From NCBI GenBank assembly GCA_016283195.1, contig JAEEML010000087.1, forward strand, positions 1-38,020: 38,020 bases of DNA, read 5' to 3'. Source of the stretch: Deltaproteobacteria bacterium (GTDB lineage Bacteria > JAEEML01). A program made the position numbers and the translations under genes. Shown here piece after piece: positions 1-11,100 of the stretch (positions are counted from its first letter, which is position 1; each line of letters starts with the position of its first letter). The notes beneath the pieces are model-generated. The model had not been told where the DNA came from, did not search any database, and saw only the letters and a list, made by a program, of their open reading frames with translations.

Positions 1-1
1 A

Positions 2-739
2 GAGGCCCTCTCTATCGCCGCGCACCCTTATTCGCGCAAAAGACCTTTTACAGCGCCGCTTAACCGGCTTATGGGTATTGAGGTGGCCAGCACTTCGCGC
101 GATTCTTATTTATTGCTGGAGCCTAAAAACTTAGGCAAATTGCTTTTAAGCGTGCCGGCGTTTTTCCTTTTCCCGCGGGTAGCTTCCAGCTTGGTGAGTA
201 GCTACGATGCGGAAGCGCTCTCCGCTCTCGATAAGGAGCTTGTGCGCGGTCACTATATGCGGCCATTTTGCGGCCTCGATGCTCACGGCCATTTGGGCTA
301 TAATTGGGAATTAAGTAATTATCACTTAGTGACTATGGGCACTTGGCCCAAAGAGGCCGGCGCCAAAGAACAATATGAATATCTTTTAAATATCTTAAAA
401 GAGGGCAAAGCCTATTGCCGTAGCGGCATCTTAGGTGATATCCGCTTGAATTTTAAAGCCGATTTAACAGATGACTCGGCTATCTATAGTGGCCAGGTGC
501 GGGCAGCTGAAGTTAAGTCTTTTAGCGCTGATATTTGGCCCCGGCCGCCCTATCCGGCGGAAATGCGCCTCTATAAAGATGGGCAAATGGTAGCTACTTC
601 TGCCGAGCTGCCCTGGCGCTATGAAAAACCGGCGGTTGGTGCCTACAGGCTGGAAGTCTGGGTGGAAATTCCCGCTCTTATTGGGCGGAAAATGGTGCCG
701 CTCTTCTACTCGGCGCCCATTATTATTGGCGCGGAATAG
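2..739 (+). CDS. PHP-domain metallohydrolase (CehA/McbA-like), 5'-partial
   Basis: Frame is open from the window edge (EALSIAAHPYSRKRPF...MGIEV). PHP-type motifs AHP, GIEV and GLDAH; C-terminal GAYRLEV...PLFYSAPI block is typical of this subfamily. Confidence 0.65.
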   Translation, partial: EALSIAAHPYSRKRPFTAPLNRLMGIEVASTSRDSYLLLEPKNLGKLLLSVPAFFLFPRVASSLVSSYDAEALSALDKELVRGHYMRPFCGLDAHGHLGYNWELSNYHLVTMGTWPKEAGAKEQYEYLLNILKEGKAYCRSGILGDIRLNFKADLTDDSAIYSGQVRAAEVKSFSADIWPRPPYPAEMRLYKDGQMVATSAELPWRYEKPAVGAYRLEVWVEIPALIGRKMVPLFYSAPIIIGAE

Positions 740-1390
740 GTGGCGGCCGTGCTGTTAAGTAATATTTTAGGCTTCATCATCGCCCTTCTTTTATGGCCCA
801 TAGCTAAAACATGGCGCTACCATTATTATCTTTTTGACGGCCATAACACGCGAGAAATAAAGAAGAAAAAAGAGTTGCCGCCGGCCAGAGTTTTTGCTCT
901 TTTGCACGGCGAGCAGCTGCCGCTTTTAATATTTAATCCTTGTAAGCATTTGGCGGCTATTTGCTCTAAATCTAAAGACGGAGAAATAGCGGCCAGGGTT
1001 TTAAAATTACTCTCTGTAAAGCCTATTCGCGGCTCTTCGCACCATGGCGGGCAGGAGGCGCTTGAAAAGGCGGCCGAGTATGTAAAAGAGGGCGGCGAAC
1101 TGGCCATAACCGTCGATGGCCCGCGCGGCCCGCGCGGCACGTGTAAGCGCGGCGTAGTGCTGATAGCCAAGGCCGGTGCTGTGCCCATTCAGCCGGTTGT
1201 GGCTAGGGCCCAGAGCTGCCGTCATCTGCATTCCTGGGACCGCTTTATGATTCCGCGCCCCTTTAGCCGCCTGAATATTATTTATGGGCCGCTTTTACAG
1301 CCCAATAAAGAAGCGCAAGATGAGGAAATATTTGCTCTTTGCCAAGAAATAGCCGCCACTTTGCAAAAGATGGAGGAACTTGCGCTATGA
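740..1390 (+). CDS. Lysophospholipid acyltransferase family protein (DUF374)
   Basis: Motifs SKSKDGEI, RGSSHHGG, ITVDGPRGP and SWDRFMIPRPFSR. The GTG start directly abuts the upstream stop. Confidence 0.85.
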   Translation: MAAVLLSNILGFIIALLLWPIAKTWRYHYYLFDGHNTREIKKKKELPPARVFALLHGEQLPLLIFNPCKHLAAICSKSKDGEIAARVLKLLSVKPIRGSSHHGGQEALEKAAEYVKEGGELAITVDGPRGPRGTCKRGVVLIAKAGAVPIQPVVARAQSCRHLHSWDRFMIPRPFSRLNIIYGPLLQPNKEAQDEEIFALCQEIAATLQKMEELAL

Positions 1391-2124
1391 ATGAGGCGCC
1401 TATAGCCCTTATTAGCGGCGGCAGCAGCAAAATTGGCCGCCTGATAAGCGCCTGGCTCGCCGGCTCCGGCTGGCAAATTATTTGCCATTACCATGAAAAT
1501 AAAGAGGCGGCACTGGCTCTTGGCGCTGCTGCGCCGGCTATAGAGCTTATTAGCGGCGATCTCGCTAACTCTTGCGGTATTAAAGCCTTTAAAAGCGATC
1601 TTATGGAGCAACTTTCCGGCAGGGAGCTGGATTTATTAATCAATAATGCCGCTATCTATCCGCCGGAGGAGGCTCTTAACCAAGAGGCCGCTTATGAAGA
1701 AAATTTAGCTACCTTAATACAACTTAATAGCCTTAGCGCCCTTAATCTTATAAGCCATTTGCCTTTTAAAACCGGGGCTTTAGCTCTTAATATCGGTGAT
1801 GCCAGAGCAAAAGCTCCAATAAAAGGCTATTTGGAATACGGGCTTAGCAAAAGTTTTTTGCAACAAATAACTATGGCTTTGGCCCAAAAGCTGGCACCCA
1901 AAGTGCGCGTTAATATGATTGCGCTGGGGCAGGTGGATTTATCTAATAATAATGCTGAGTTATCTTCACTGGAGGCAGCCCGCCGGGCGGCACCGTTAAA
2001 ATCTTTACCAAATGGTAACGATATTTTAGCTACCATTAATTATCTTTTGAGTATAAAAAGCATAACCGGCCAAATAATATATTTGGACGGCGGCCGCCAT
2101 CTTATTGGAGTAAATAATGAATAA
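1387..2124 (+). CDS. SDR family oxidoreductase, pteridine reductase/FolM-like
   Basis: ISGGSSKIG nucleotide-binding loop, LINNAA, NIGD, catalytic YGLSK, and ITGQIIYLDGG. Start placed at ATG 1387 (ATGA overlap with the previous stop). Adjacent to folB. Confidence 0.8.
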   Translation: MNEAPIALISGGSSKIGRLISAWLAGSGWQIICHYHENKEAALALGAAAPAIELISGDLANSCGIKAFKSDLMEQLSGRELDLLINNAAIYPPEEALNQEAAYEENLATLIQLNSLSALNLISHLPFKTGALALNIGDARAKAPIKGYLEYGLSKSFLQQITMALAQKLAPKVRVNMIALGQVDLSNNNAELSSLEAARRAAPLKSLPNGNDILATINYLLSIKSITGQIIYLDGGRHLIGVNNE

Positions 2125-2482
2125 CAGCGATAAAATGATCATTCGTAATTTAAAATTACCTTGCTATATCGGCACTAAACCGGAAGAGCAGGAACGCACC
2201 CAGGTGCTGGTTTTTAATATTGAAATGGATCTTGATTGCCGCCCGGCGGGCCAGAGTGACAATTTAGCCGATAGCCTGGATTATGCCGCTCTTTCCGAGG
2301 CAATAGCCAAATTGGTGGTGGGCCGCCATTTTCAGCTCATTGAGCACCTGGCCGAAGAGGTGGCTAAGTGCTGCCTCTCCAGCAATTTGGTGCAATTCGT
2401 AAAAGTGGCGGTGACCAAAAGCGGCTCACTGGCCCAGGCTGATAGCGTCACTATCGAGATAAATCGCTGCCGCAGCGAATGA
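2117..2482 (+). CDS. folB: Dihydroneopterin aldolase
   Basis: 121 aa with IG..PEEQ...Q, SDNLADSLDY, FQLIEHLAEEVA and V.VTK motifs; GGAG RBS upstream. Confidence 0.92.
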   Translation: MNNSDKMIIRNLKLPCYIGTKPEEQERTQVLVFNIEMDLDCRPAGQSDNLADSLDYAALSEAIAKLVVGRHFQLIEHLAEEVAKCCLSSNLVQFVKVAVTKSGSLAQADSVTIEINRCRSE

Positions 2483-2504
2483 GCGGCGCTAATAGCCGCA
2501 GTGC

Positions 2505-4475
2505 TCAAACTGAAAGGCCGCTTAGCCGCTCTTCCTCGCGCATAAGGCCATATTCCCAGATTTTTTCGCTCCCATAAACAACAAAGCGCTTTTTGGCTCT
2601 GGTGGCAGCGGTATATAAGAGTTCTTTGGTGAGCAGAGCATTCTCTTTTTCTGGCAAAAGCAAGAAGACCTCCTGCGCCTCCGAGCCTTGGGATTTATGC
2701 ACTGTAATGGCATGAGCTAAAGTCAGGTGATCGGCCAGAGAAGTTAGCGGATAAGCCGCCAAACGGCCCTCTTTAATAAATATGGCCATGGGCTCCGGTT
2801 CCATGCGCCCGCTTTTTACCAGAGCGATAAAACCGACATCACCGTTATAAATATCATGCAAATAATCGTTTTTTGTGCACATTACCGGCTCGCCGACAGT
2901 AAAAAAAGCGCCTTTTTTATTATATACGGAATGCAAAATCTCATTTACCTTTATATCGCCCATGCGTCCTTCATGGCCGGCAGTCAAAATCAGCTTGGCG
3001 CTAATGAGCTCGTTAATGGCCAAAAGCTGCTTTTCATCTTCCGCGCTAAAGCCGTTTTCGCCGTAACAAAATATTTTATATTCCCCCCCGCCATCTTTTA
3101 ATTTTTCATCAATTATATTGCGCCGCTGCTTGGCGTGGTGCAAAAGGTTCCGCATAAAATCGGCTTCGCTAAAAAGCGCCGCATCAAGGAAGAAAGCACC
3201 GTTTTCTTGAAAAACGGCGGCCGGCTCAAGCGCCGTTTCGCCCTTGGGCCAGGGCTTATCATGCAAAATAGCGGCGGCCAAAGCGGGAATAGCCAGGCCC
3301 ATAGGGCTGATATTTTGCCCGCTGCGATAATTACCGCTTAAGGTCACAGCGTGCTCTTTCTCCCGCCAGGCGGCATAGAGGTCCTTAAAAATAGCAGCCG
3401 CGCCCACCGGCGGCAATTGATGGGGGTCGCCCACTAAGAGCAGGAGTGTTTTATTGCCAATAGCGCTAAAGAGGCGTTCCAGCAAAAAGAGATCGATCAT
3501 TGAAGCTTCATCAACAATAATAAGGCGCGCCGGCAGGGGATTATCCGGGCCGTGAGCAAAGCCCGCTTTAGGATTAAAGCCCAAAAGGCGATGCAAAGTA
3601 GAAGCCGGCGCCAGGCGGGCCAGAAGATCTTGGTCGCTTGCCATGGGATCTTGCACAGCGCGGATATTATTTTGCAAAGCTTCCATAATGCGGGCCGCCG
3701 CTTTGCCGGTGGGCGCGGCCAGAGCAATGGCTTCCGGCGGAAAAACATCGCCGATACTGGCCGCTAGGCGCACAATAGTGCTGATAACGGCTGTTTTTCC
3801 GCTGCCTGGGCCGCCGGCCAAAATAGAAATCCGCCTGGATAAAGCCATATCAAGCGCTTTTAACTGCTCGGCCGAGAGCTCTATGGGGCGGCCGTTCACT
3901 ACGGCGGGATGAGCCAAGAGTTCGGCCAGCTTTTCTTTTCTGGTAGCGGCGCATTTAGCCGAGTTGTCAAATGGTTTTTTCAGGCGCTCTATATGCTCTT
4001 CAAGAGAAATAAGCGTGGAAAAATGGCGGCTAATATAAATAGCGCCCCGCTCTTCTCTTAGAAATGGCTGATTGCCCTCCTCTGCTTCTTGCCATAAAGG
4101 CCGGCCGAAAATTTCTTCCGGCCGCTTTTGGGCCAAAAGTTCGCTAGCTACGCCGGCCAGCTTTTTAGCGGAAAAGCCGCTAGCTGCATTACCGAGAAGG
4201 CGCGCGAAAAGAGCGGGGATTTGCTCTTTGGGTAAGCAAATAGAGCCCCTGCCGCGCACAGTCAAAAGGGCGGAAAAGAGTAAAAAAAGCGCTTCTTCTT
4301 CCTCCTTACCGAGATTGCTCGCGCCGGCAAAAAGCCTAATGGGCTCAGCGACTAAAAAGAGGCTCTCTGGAGTAGCCCCCAAGTAAGCAATATTGGGACT
4401 TATGGCCGCCGCCAGGCGGGCAAGATGGTCCGGAAGAGTGGCCAAATAGTCGGCTATAAGATTTTCTTTATTCAT
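2505..4475 (-). CDS. recD: Exodeoxyribonuclease V subunit alpha (RecD helicase)
   Basis: Walker A GGPGSGKT, AAPTGKAAAR, STLHRLLG, IVDEASMID, GDPHQLPPV, AITVHKSQGSE and LLYTAATRAK; ATGA-coupled to recB. Confidence 0.95.
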   Translation of the reverse strand: MNKENLIADYLATLPDHLARLAAAISPNIAYLGATPESLFLVAEPIRLFAGASNLGKEEEEALFLLFSALLTVRGRGSICLPKEQIPALFARLLGNAASGFSAKKLAGVASELLAQKRPEEIFGRPLWQEAEEGNQPFLREERGAIYISRHFSTLISLEEHIERLKKPFDNSAKCAATRKEKLAELLAHPAVVNGRPIELSAEQLKALDMALSRRISILAGGPGSGKTAVISTIVRLAASIGDVFPPEAIALAAPTGKAAARIMEALQNNIRAVQDPMASDQDLLARLAPASTLHRLLGFNPKAGFAHGPDNPLPARLIIVDEASMIDLFLLERLFSAIGNKTLLLLVGDPHQLPPVGAAAIFKDLYAAWREKEHAVTLSGNYRSGQNISPMGLAIPALAAAILHDKPWPKGETALEPAAVFQENGAFFLDAALFSEADFMRNLLHHAKQRRNIIDEKLKDGGGEYKIFCYGENGFSAEDEKQLLAINELISAKLILTAGHEGRMGDIKVNEILHSVYNKKGAFFTVGEPVMCTKNDYLHDIYNGDVGFIALVKSGRMEPEPMAIFIKEGRLAAYPLTSLADHLTLAHAITVHKSQGSEAQEVFLLLPEKENALLTKELLYTAATRAKKRFVVYGSEKIWEYGLMREEERLSGLSV

Positions 4476-7400
4476 TTGTTACTCCCGGCCGCCAAAGTAT
4501 CGCTCACGCCAAGGCGGTGATAATTTTCCTCTATTTCCGCAAAAGAGGGGCGCACAAAATAGAGCCCCTCGCCCTGCTTTTCGCCGCGCACAAAGCAGTA
4601 AATAAGCCCACCAAAACGGTTATAGGCATTTTGCGGGGAATTTTTCCCTTCCAGGAGCAACATTTTATAGAGTGCCAGGCTGTAAAGAGCTATTTGGATA
4701 GCGTAATTTTCTGCCACATGGGCTTTTAAGCTCTGCTCATCATAAGCCGGCAGAGTGTCACTCTTCCAATCGAGAACATATACCTTACCCTCATATTCAA
4801 AGAGCAAATCTATATAGCCTTTCACATAGCCTTTTTCTACTGTAATATCGCTAAATTGCTCCATAACTTCTGCCGAGAGCTCAGCACTTCTTATAGGGTA
4901 ATAAAACTCCACTTCGTGCCGCCTTTGGCTGCTTTTTAAAGCGCCAAAAGGGCAAAAACCGGGCCCAGCAGCCAAGAGCGGCTGCCTGGTGAGCGTGCGA
5001 TAAATAAGGGCGTCAAGTTCATCTTTAAAATTCAGGTAATCAAAGTGGTAAAGCTGGCAAATAGCGGCCAGGTCGGCACTGCAGCGCTCCTGCCACTCGG
5101 CAAAAGAGATAAAAGCCGCCGCATCCGGCGCGCCCGGCTCAGCCAGCAGTATGCGGTAATCGAGTTTTTCCAGTATCTTGTGGATAAGATTACCAAAATT
5201 GGCTCCTTTAGGCAGAGCTGAATCCGCGCTTGCAGCACTTTTAGGCGCCAGATAATCGCTGATATCTATATCATCATCGGCGCGGCTATAGTCATATTGT
5301 TCGGCGGCCTTTTTCATCCTGGTATAGGAGGTAATGAGCGGGCCGGCAAAATGCTCTTTTTGGCCTAAAAAGCTATTTATCAGGCTCTCCGGCGAAGTAA
5401 GCTCGGCCGGCGGCTGCTCCCCGGCCGCCTCTTCTATGGCGTTAGCAGCGTTTATCTGCCGGGGCAGTGCTCTCACCCTTAATTCATAAGCTTCTTTTGA
5501 CCAAGGATTAAATAATGTAATATCATAAGTATTAATAAGCTTTTTAAGCTCCTCATCAGGCCTTTTTAAGAGCTCATTTAGGCGCTCGTTTATAAGCTGG
5601 CAATATGATTGACCAAGATGATTCTTACTACCACTCCCAAGAGCTTTATCATCCCAAGTCGGCAAAATAAGCTGCCTCTTGGCCCGCGTTAAGGCTACAT
5701 ACATAAGGCGCTCTTTTTCCCCGCGCGCTTCACTTAAAAGTATTTCCAGGCTCCCGGCCGGCGGGGCGTAATCTATCTCTATCTCTTTTTTGGTAATATA
5801 AAGGCAGCGTTTGCCATTTTGCCCATAAGTCCAAATCACCGGACAGCCAAAATTGGGGTACTTCGGATTACTAAAACCGCCATAAATAGCCACCACCTGC
5901 GCTTCCAGCCCCTTGGCTTTATGCATGGTGAGCAGAGTCACCGCATCTTTTCCACTCTCTTGCGGGCGACTATCGGCATCGGGATTTTCCAGCAGGCGCT
6001 TTCCCTCTACATATTGGTATAATATTTCAATAAGATCGCTAAGTTCGCCATCTTTTTCCGCCGCCTCTCCGGCTAAAATGGCGGCAATACGCCAGTAGGC
6101 TTTTAATTCTCTATGGCTCTCTTTTAAGGCTAAAAGCCGCACGGCAATACCGCTTTTATCCATAATATCGGCCATAAGGGCGGCAAAATTATGATGCTCA
6201 GCCAGTTGCTGCCAGGAAATTAAGCGGCTCACAATGGGGTGATTGGCGGGCAATTCTTTAAATTTAGCCACTTCGGTTAGCGGAACATTAAAAAACGGGC
6301 CGATGAGCGCTTTTAAGCGCTTCTTTTCGTCATAGGGCGCAGCAATAGCCTTCAAAAGGTCTATAAAATCCAGCACTTCATCGCCGGAAAAAAGGCCGCC
6401 TTCTTTATAATAAACATACGGCACTTGATATTCGGCCAAATAGGTGGCCATTTGCTGAAGCTCATCTCTTTTGGCGCCTAAAATATAGATATCTCTGGCT
6501 CTAAGAGGCTGTTTTCCTTGGTCGTTACTCACCACCAGCGGCGGGTTTAAAAGCATCTCTTTGATATACTGGGCCAGCCAGCGCCCATAGCGTTTTTTTA
6601 ATACCCCAGCACTAAGTTTCCCGGCTGCGCTGTTATCGGCCGCAATAACCAGCGGCGGCAAATGGCAGCTCTCTTTTCCGGGGACTGCCAAATAATTTTC
6701 TATAGCTATATAATTAGCTTTTAACTGCTCCTTAGGATATGTTATTTTTCCTTTAAAAAAAGAGGTTTCCGGAGTTTCCTGGGCAAAAAGGCCATTAATG
6801 GCACTAACCATTTCTCCGCTCGCGCGGTAATTGGTATCAAGAAATAGCTGCTTACTGCCGGGAATACTTGCTAAAAATTCCCTAGCTATAAGGTAAGTAT
6901 TCACATCGGCCCCGCGAAAAGCATAAATAGCTTGCTTGGGGTCGCCAACCAAATAGAGCGCCACTGCCTCTTTCTGGGCTTCAGCGCTTAAATAAATGCT
7001 CTTAAAAATGCTCCACTGACAAGGGTCAGTATCTTGAAATTCATCAATTAAACAAACAGGATACTTCTCCCGCAATTTTTTACAAAAAAGCGGCCCCGTC
7101 TCTTTGGCAGCCAGTTTTTCATCCACCACTTTTAAAAGGTCGTCAAAGGAGGTTGCGCCGTCTAAAAACTTGAGGCGGCTTAGCTCTTGTTTTACCTGCT
7201 CGTCTAAGAGCTCTATAACACACGAATATAATGAGGGAATTTTCTTTAACGCCGCTATGTAAGTAGCTTCTTGTTGCAGCGTTATAAGGTTCTTATCACG
7301 AAGATCTGGCAAAAGTTCCAGGGCACTTGTTCGAAAATCACTAACTATTACAGCCAGTTTTTCTTCCATACTCAGGCTCTCGCCGGCAATAAGGCCAAGA

Positions 7401-8161
7401 GCTGAGAGCAGCGGCCTGGAAAGTTTTGTATTAGGGAATTTTTTTTGCGGCCTAAGCGCGTTAATAATATCTGCTATTTCAAAAGCCGCCCGGAAGATAA
7501 GATCAATATTATCCTTATTTTCCGCTCTGTTATAGATAGATGGCTCTAAAGGTGATTTATAATCATGAGTAGCTGTCAGCAAAGAGCTTAAATGGCCAAG
7601 AAGTTTTTCGCCGGAAGAACTTTGCAAATATTTGGCCAAAAGATGGTAGGCATAAGCATCGCCATAATCCTCCGGCCGCCCTTCGGCTACCGCGCGCAAT
7701 GTATTGGAAAGCGCCGTTTTTAAATAATTTTTTTCATCCACCAGGCGGTCGCTTAAAGCCTTGCCGGAAAGAATGGGAAAGGAGGCCAAAATAGAGCGAC
7801 AAAAGCCGTGAATGGTGTTGATATTAACACTGTCAAAGTTATTTATGGCCATTTTAAGCCGCTCGCGCTCCTTGGGGCCGATTGCCCAATAAGCACTCTC
7901 CGGCTTTTCGCTGTTTTTAACTCTTAATAACTCATTCAGGCGGCTTCTGATGCGCTCTTTCAGCTCCTTGGTAGCCAGTTCGGTAAAAGTCATGAGCAAT
8001 ATTGAAGAAATATCATGCCCTTTAATAACTAAATCGGCCACCATTGAAGCCATGGTATATGTTTTGCCGGTGCCGGCCGAAGCCTCTAGGAGGACATAGC
8101 GGCTATCCCCTATTTTTCCAAGAATTTCCGGGCGCTTCACATAATAAGTGTTATTATCCAT
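4472..8161 (-). CDS. recB: Exodeoxyribonuclease V subunit beta (RecB helicase/nuclease)
   Basis: EASAGTGKT, TFTELATKEL, TIHGFC, IDEFQDTD, VGDPKQAIYAFRGAD, TMHKAKGLE and YVALTRAK, plus the nuclease motif GYIDLLF...DWKS. Start is ATG 8161 (TGATG overlap, AGGAG upstream) or GTG 8164. Confidence 0.95.
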   Translation of the reverse strand: MDNNTYYVKRPEILGKIGDSRYVLLEASAGTGKTYTMASMVADLVIKGHDISSILLMTFTELATKELKERIRSRLNELLRVKNSEKPESAYWAIGPKERERLKMAINNFDSVNINTIHGFCRSILASFPILSGKALSDRLVDEKNYLKTALSNTLRAVAEGRPEDYGDAYAYHLLAKYLQSSSGEKLLGHLSSLLTATHDYKSPLEPSIYNRAENKDNIDLIFRAAFEIADIINALRPQKKFPNTKLSRPLLSALGLIAGESLSMEEKLAVIVSDFRTSALELLPDLRDKNLITLQQEATYIAALKKIPSLYSCVIELLDEQVKQELSRLKFLDGATSFDDLLKVVDEKLAAKETGPLFCKKLREKYPVCLIDEFQDTDPCQWSIFKSIYLSAEAQKEAVALYLVGDPKQAIYAFRGADVNTYLIAREFLASIPGSKQLFLDTNYRASGEMVSAINGLFAQETPETSFFKGKITYPKEQLKANYIAIENYLAVPGKESCHLPPLVIAADNSAAGKLSAGVLKKRYGRWLAQYIKEMLLNPPLVVSNDQGKQPLRARDIYILGAKRDELQQMATYLAEYQVPYVYYKEGGLFSGDEVLDFIDLLKAIAAPYDEKKRLKALIGPFFNVPLTEVAKFKELPANHPIVSRLISWQQLAEHHNFAALMADIMDKSGIAVRLLALKESHRELKAYWRIAAILAGEAAEKDGELSDLIEILYQYVEGKRLLENPDADSRPQESGKDAVTLLTMHKAKGLEAQVVAIYGGFSNPKYPNFGCPVIWTYGQNGKRCLYITKKEIEIDYAPPAGSLEILLSEARGEKERLMYVALTRAKRQLILPTWDDKALGSGSKNHLGQSYCQLINERLNELLKRPDEELKKLINTYDITLFNPWSKEAYELRVRALPRQINAANAIEEAAGEQPPAELTSPESLINSFLGQKEHFAGPLITSYTRMKKAAEQYDYSRADDDIDISDYLAPKSAASADSALPKGANFGNLIHKILEKLDYRILLAEPGAPDAAAFISFAEWQERCSADLAAICQLYHFDYLNFKDELDALIYRTLTRQPLLAAGPGFCPFGALKSSQRRHEVEFYYPIRSAELSAEVMEQFSDITVEKGYVKGYIDLLFEYEGKVYVLDWKSDTLPAYDEQSLKAHVAENYAIQIALYSLALYKMLLLEGKNSPQNAYNRFGGLIYCFVRGEKQGEGLYFVRPSFAEIEENYHRLGVSDTLAAGSNK

Positions 8162-11100
8162 CACTTACTCCTGCCCCAAAACGGTGCAAAACGGCGCTTT
8201 ATCAGCTCCCTGGCCATTGTTGCCGGCGGCGGCGGATAAGTGCGCGGATGAGGGACAAATTTATGATTATCGGATGAAATGCTTTTATTTTGGCCCAAAT
8301 CTTCATACCAATCGTCAATAATTCTCTGTATGGCATTTTCCGGAGATGAAGCCGAGGACTTCTGCATAATTTTTTCAACAAGTTCCACCGGAAGCAAATA
8401 ATCGTGCTTAGTTTCGGCCATCTCAGGGAACAAATTATTAAGCCAGCTTTTGGCTTCTTTAACTTCATTAAAACTAAAAAAACTTATAGACGGATTACCA
8501 TTTTTAATAGCAATAATGCAGGGTTCACCTATAATCTTTGCTTTGCCGGTGACCAAAAGAATAGCACTATCAACAGCGGCCATAATTAATTTCTTAAGCG
8601 TTAACTTACTTTTTTCCTTGCACAAAATCAGCGGGTGCATGCCCTCGGCAATAAAAGGAACCGTAAGGCCGCTAAGAGAAAAAGTTACTTTATCCGCCCA
8701 GCCGTTAAAATCAACCTGGTACGGCTTTTCGGCTATCTCTTCTTTGGGAATGGCGGCATAAATATAGCGGCGGCTGATGCGCCGGCCCAAGCGATATTGG
8801 CACACCTTAGGGAGCCTCGGAAATTCTTGGTGAAAAGCGGCGTAATAGGCCTGCCAATCTTTTTTTATCTCGCCAGCGGCACATTCGCCAAAGAGGGCGG
8901 TGGGCATTTGGCCGATCTCGCGGTAATAAGCGAGGCGGTTATCTATTATAGCTAGCAATTCTTCTTCCGCTGCGCCCAAAACGAGCGGCCCAAGAAGATC
9001 TTTTTCCAGTTCAGAATCTAAAAAATCCCACTTTTCCAGCGGCGGATCATCATGATCTTTATAGCTCTCATAGCGCTCCTCCGCCAGGAGGCGGCCGCCG
9101 CTGAATTGCAATGGACAAGAGAGAAAATCATAAATATCTTTATTGGTAAATTCAATAATAGGCGGGATTTTGGGCCGCTCACGCGGGGCACTCCACATTT
9201 CCTCCGGCTTGGCATCTGCCTGCTTTAATAAAAATTGCCTACGGGCCAGTGCCTCTTTATAAGCCGCGCATGAAAGCAGCGGTTCATTACTGCTAAAGAG
9301 TTCGGCGGCATAGCGTTCCTCGGGCCAAATGTGCAGTAGGCCAATTTCTAAGGCTTTTTTATCGCGTTCTTCTTCTTTTTCATCCTCTATATGCCGATAA
9401 ACTGTGGCCACCATCTCATATAACTCGGCATAAAGATTACTCTTTAGCTTTTGGTCGCCGGTTAGCTCGTCTTTACTTACATAGCTTAAAATAGCCCCCT
9501 TTTGCACCATGGTGAGCATTTCCAAAAAGTGGTACATCTCCCATTCGCGGCGCTTTATATCATAAGGTCGGTGGTCGTTATTGCGTAAGTCCAGGGGCCT
9601 ATCGCTCTTGGGCGAAGGAAAGTCGCCGCTATTTAAGCCAACAAAATAAACATATTTAAAATTACCCGGCCGCAGGGTTTCTATAGCCCCCACACTCACC
9701 CCCTCGGTGATAGGCGTAAAAGGCGGGGTATTTATTTTGTTAAGCTCCTCACAAAATAGTTGGCGTGTCAGCTCAAAAGAGAGCTCAAGATCCGGGAGCG
9801 ACAATTTAGCCAGAGAATCCAAAGCCTTGAATATTTTATGTAAATGGCGCTCTTCTTCTTCGTTTTCCACCTTGATGAAAAGCTCAAAATACTCTTTTAA
9901 AACCGGCCCCCAGGCCTCCAGGGTAAGACGCGCTTGGCGCAATATATTGGCCTCTTTTATCAGCACGCGCACCAAAAGGCCAAAGGCACTTATTGTTTCA
10001 GCCGCGCCTTCGGCCAGTTCCAGAGGATAGTAGGGAAAATCATTAGCCAAATATGGTTTTGGTTCATAATTATTTCCGGGCAGATACCAGCCCAAAACAG
10101 CTCTTTTAAGCCCCTGCTCCCAGTTGTAGAGGTCAGCCGGGCGACTGGCGGGAGTTACCATTTTTTCCACCATATCGGCGCCGGAAAAAATGGCCAGCCT
10201 TTCGCAAAAAAGTTCAAAGGCTTCGGCATCGGCCCCGGGAAAAAGGCGACAAATAAAGGGGCTTTTAAGCACTTTCAGCATGGTGCTGCGTTTAAAATTA
10301 CTAAAGGGCACTTCCAGAAGATTTAAAATCAACTGAAAGAGCGGCTTGCCAATAAGTGGCTGATTTTGCAAATAAACCAGCGGTATCTCCGCCTCCTGCA
10401 TTATTTGCTTTAAAGGCACATTGTAATTGGCTCCGGCCTCGCCGCCGGGCAGAACAATAGCTATATCGGCAAATGAGAGCTCCTCGCCCCGCTTTCTGGC
10501 CGCTAAGAGTTTATAGCGAATATCCGAAGCAATAGACTCTACTTCGCGCCTTATGGTGGGAGCTTGCCAAAAGCGGAGGGAATCATCGGCGGCGCTATTT
10601 TCTGCTAAGCTCTCTTTATAATTTTCCGCCGGTAAAAGCCGGCGATTTAAAATATCGGCCTGAAAAGCGCTTAAAAGCGTCGCTTTTTCCGCATCCTCAG
10701 CTCCAAAAGCGCTGTCGTCCAAATTATATTCACAGAGGCTGCTTATCGCCTTTATATACTCTTTGCCCCCGGCTCCCCACAAAACGAGAGCGGCCGGCTC
10801 ACCTTCGGCGGCTGCCTCCCCCTCTTCGGCCATAAGGGCTTTTTTGCCGGTTTTTAAATCTTCCCAAAAAACTTTACAGGGATTTATGGCATAATAATAG
10901 AGCTCTACTCCGGGAACTTCCCCCAAAAGCTTAAAAAAATCAGTAAAAAGCGGCTCAGTATATAAAACGCCAAAAATATGCACATTTAAAGGCAAAAACG
11001 GCGCCAAAAGTTCCGCTATTGTTTCCGGTTGCAATAGTTCGCCCAAAGTTAGCCAGGCCGCCTTACTCTCGCCTTCGGCATTTAAAGTGTCACGCAAGCC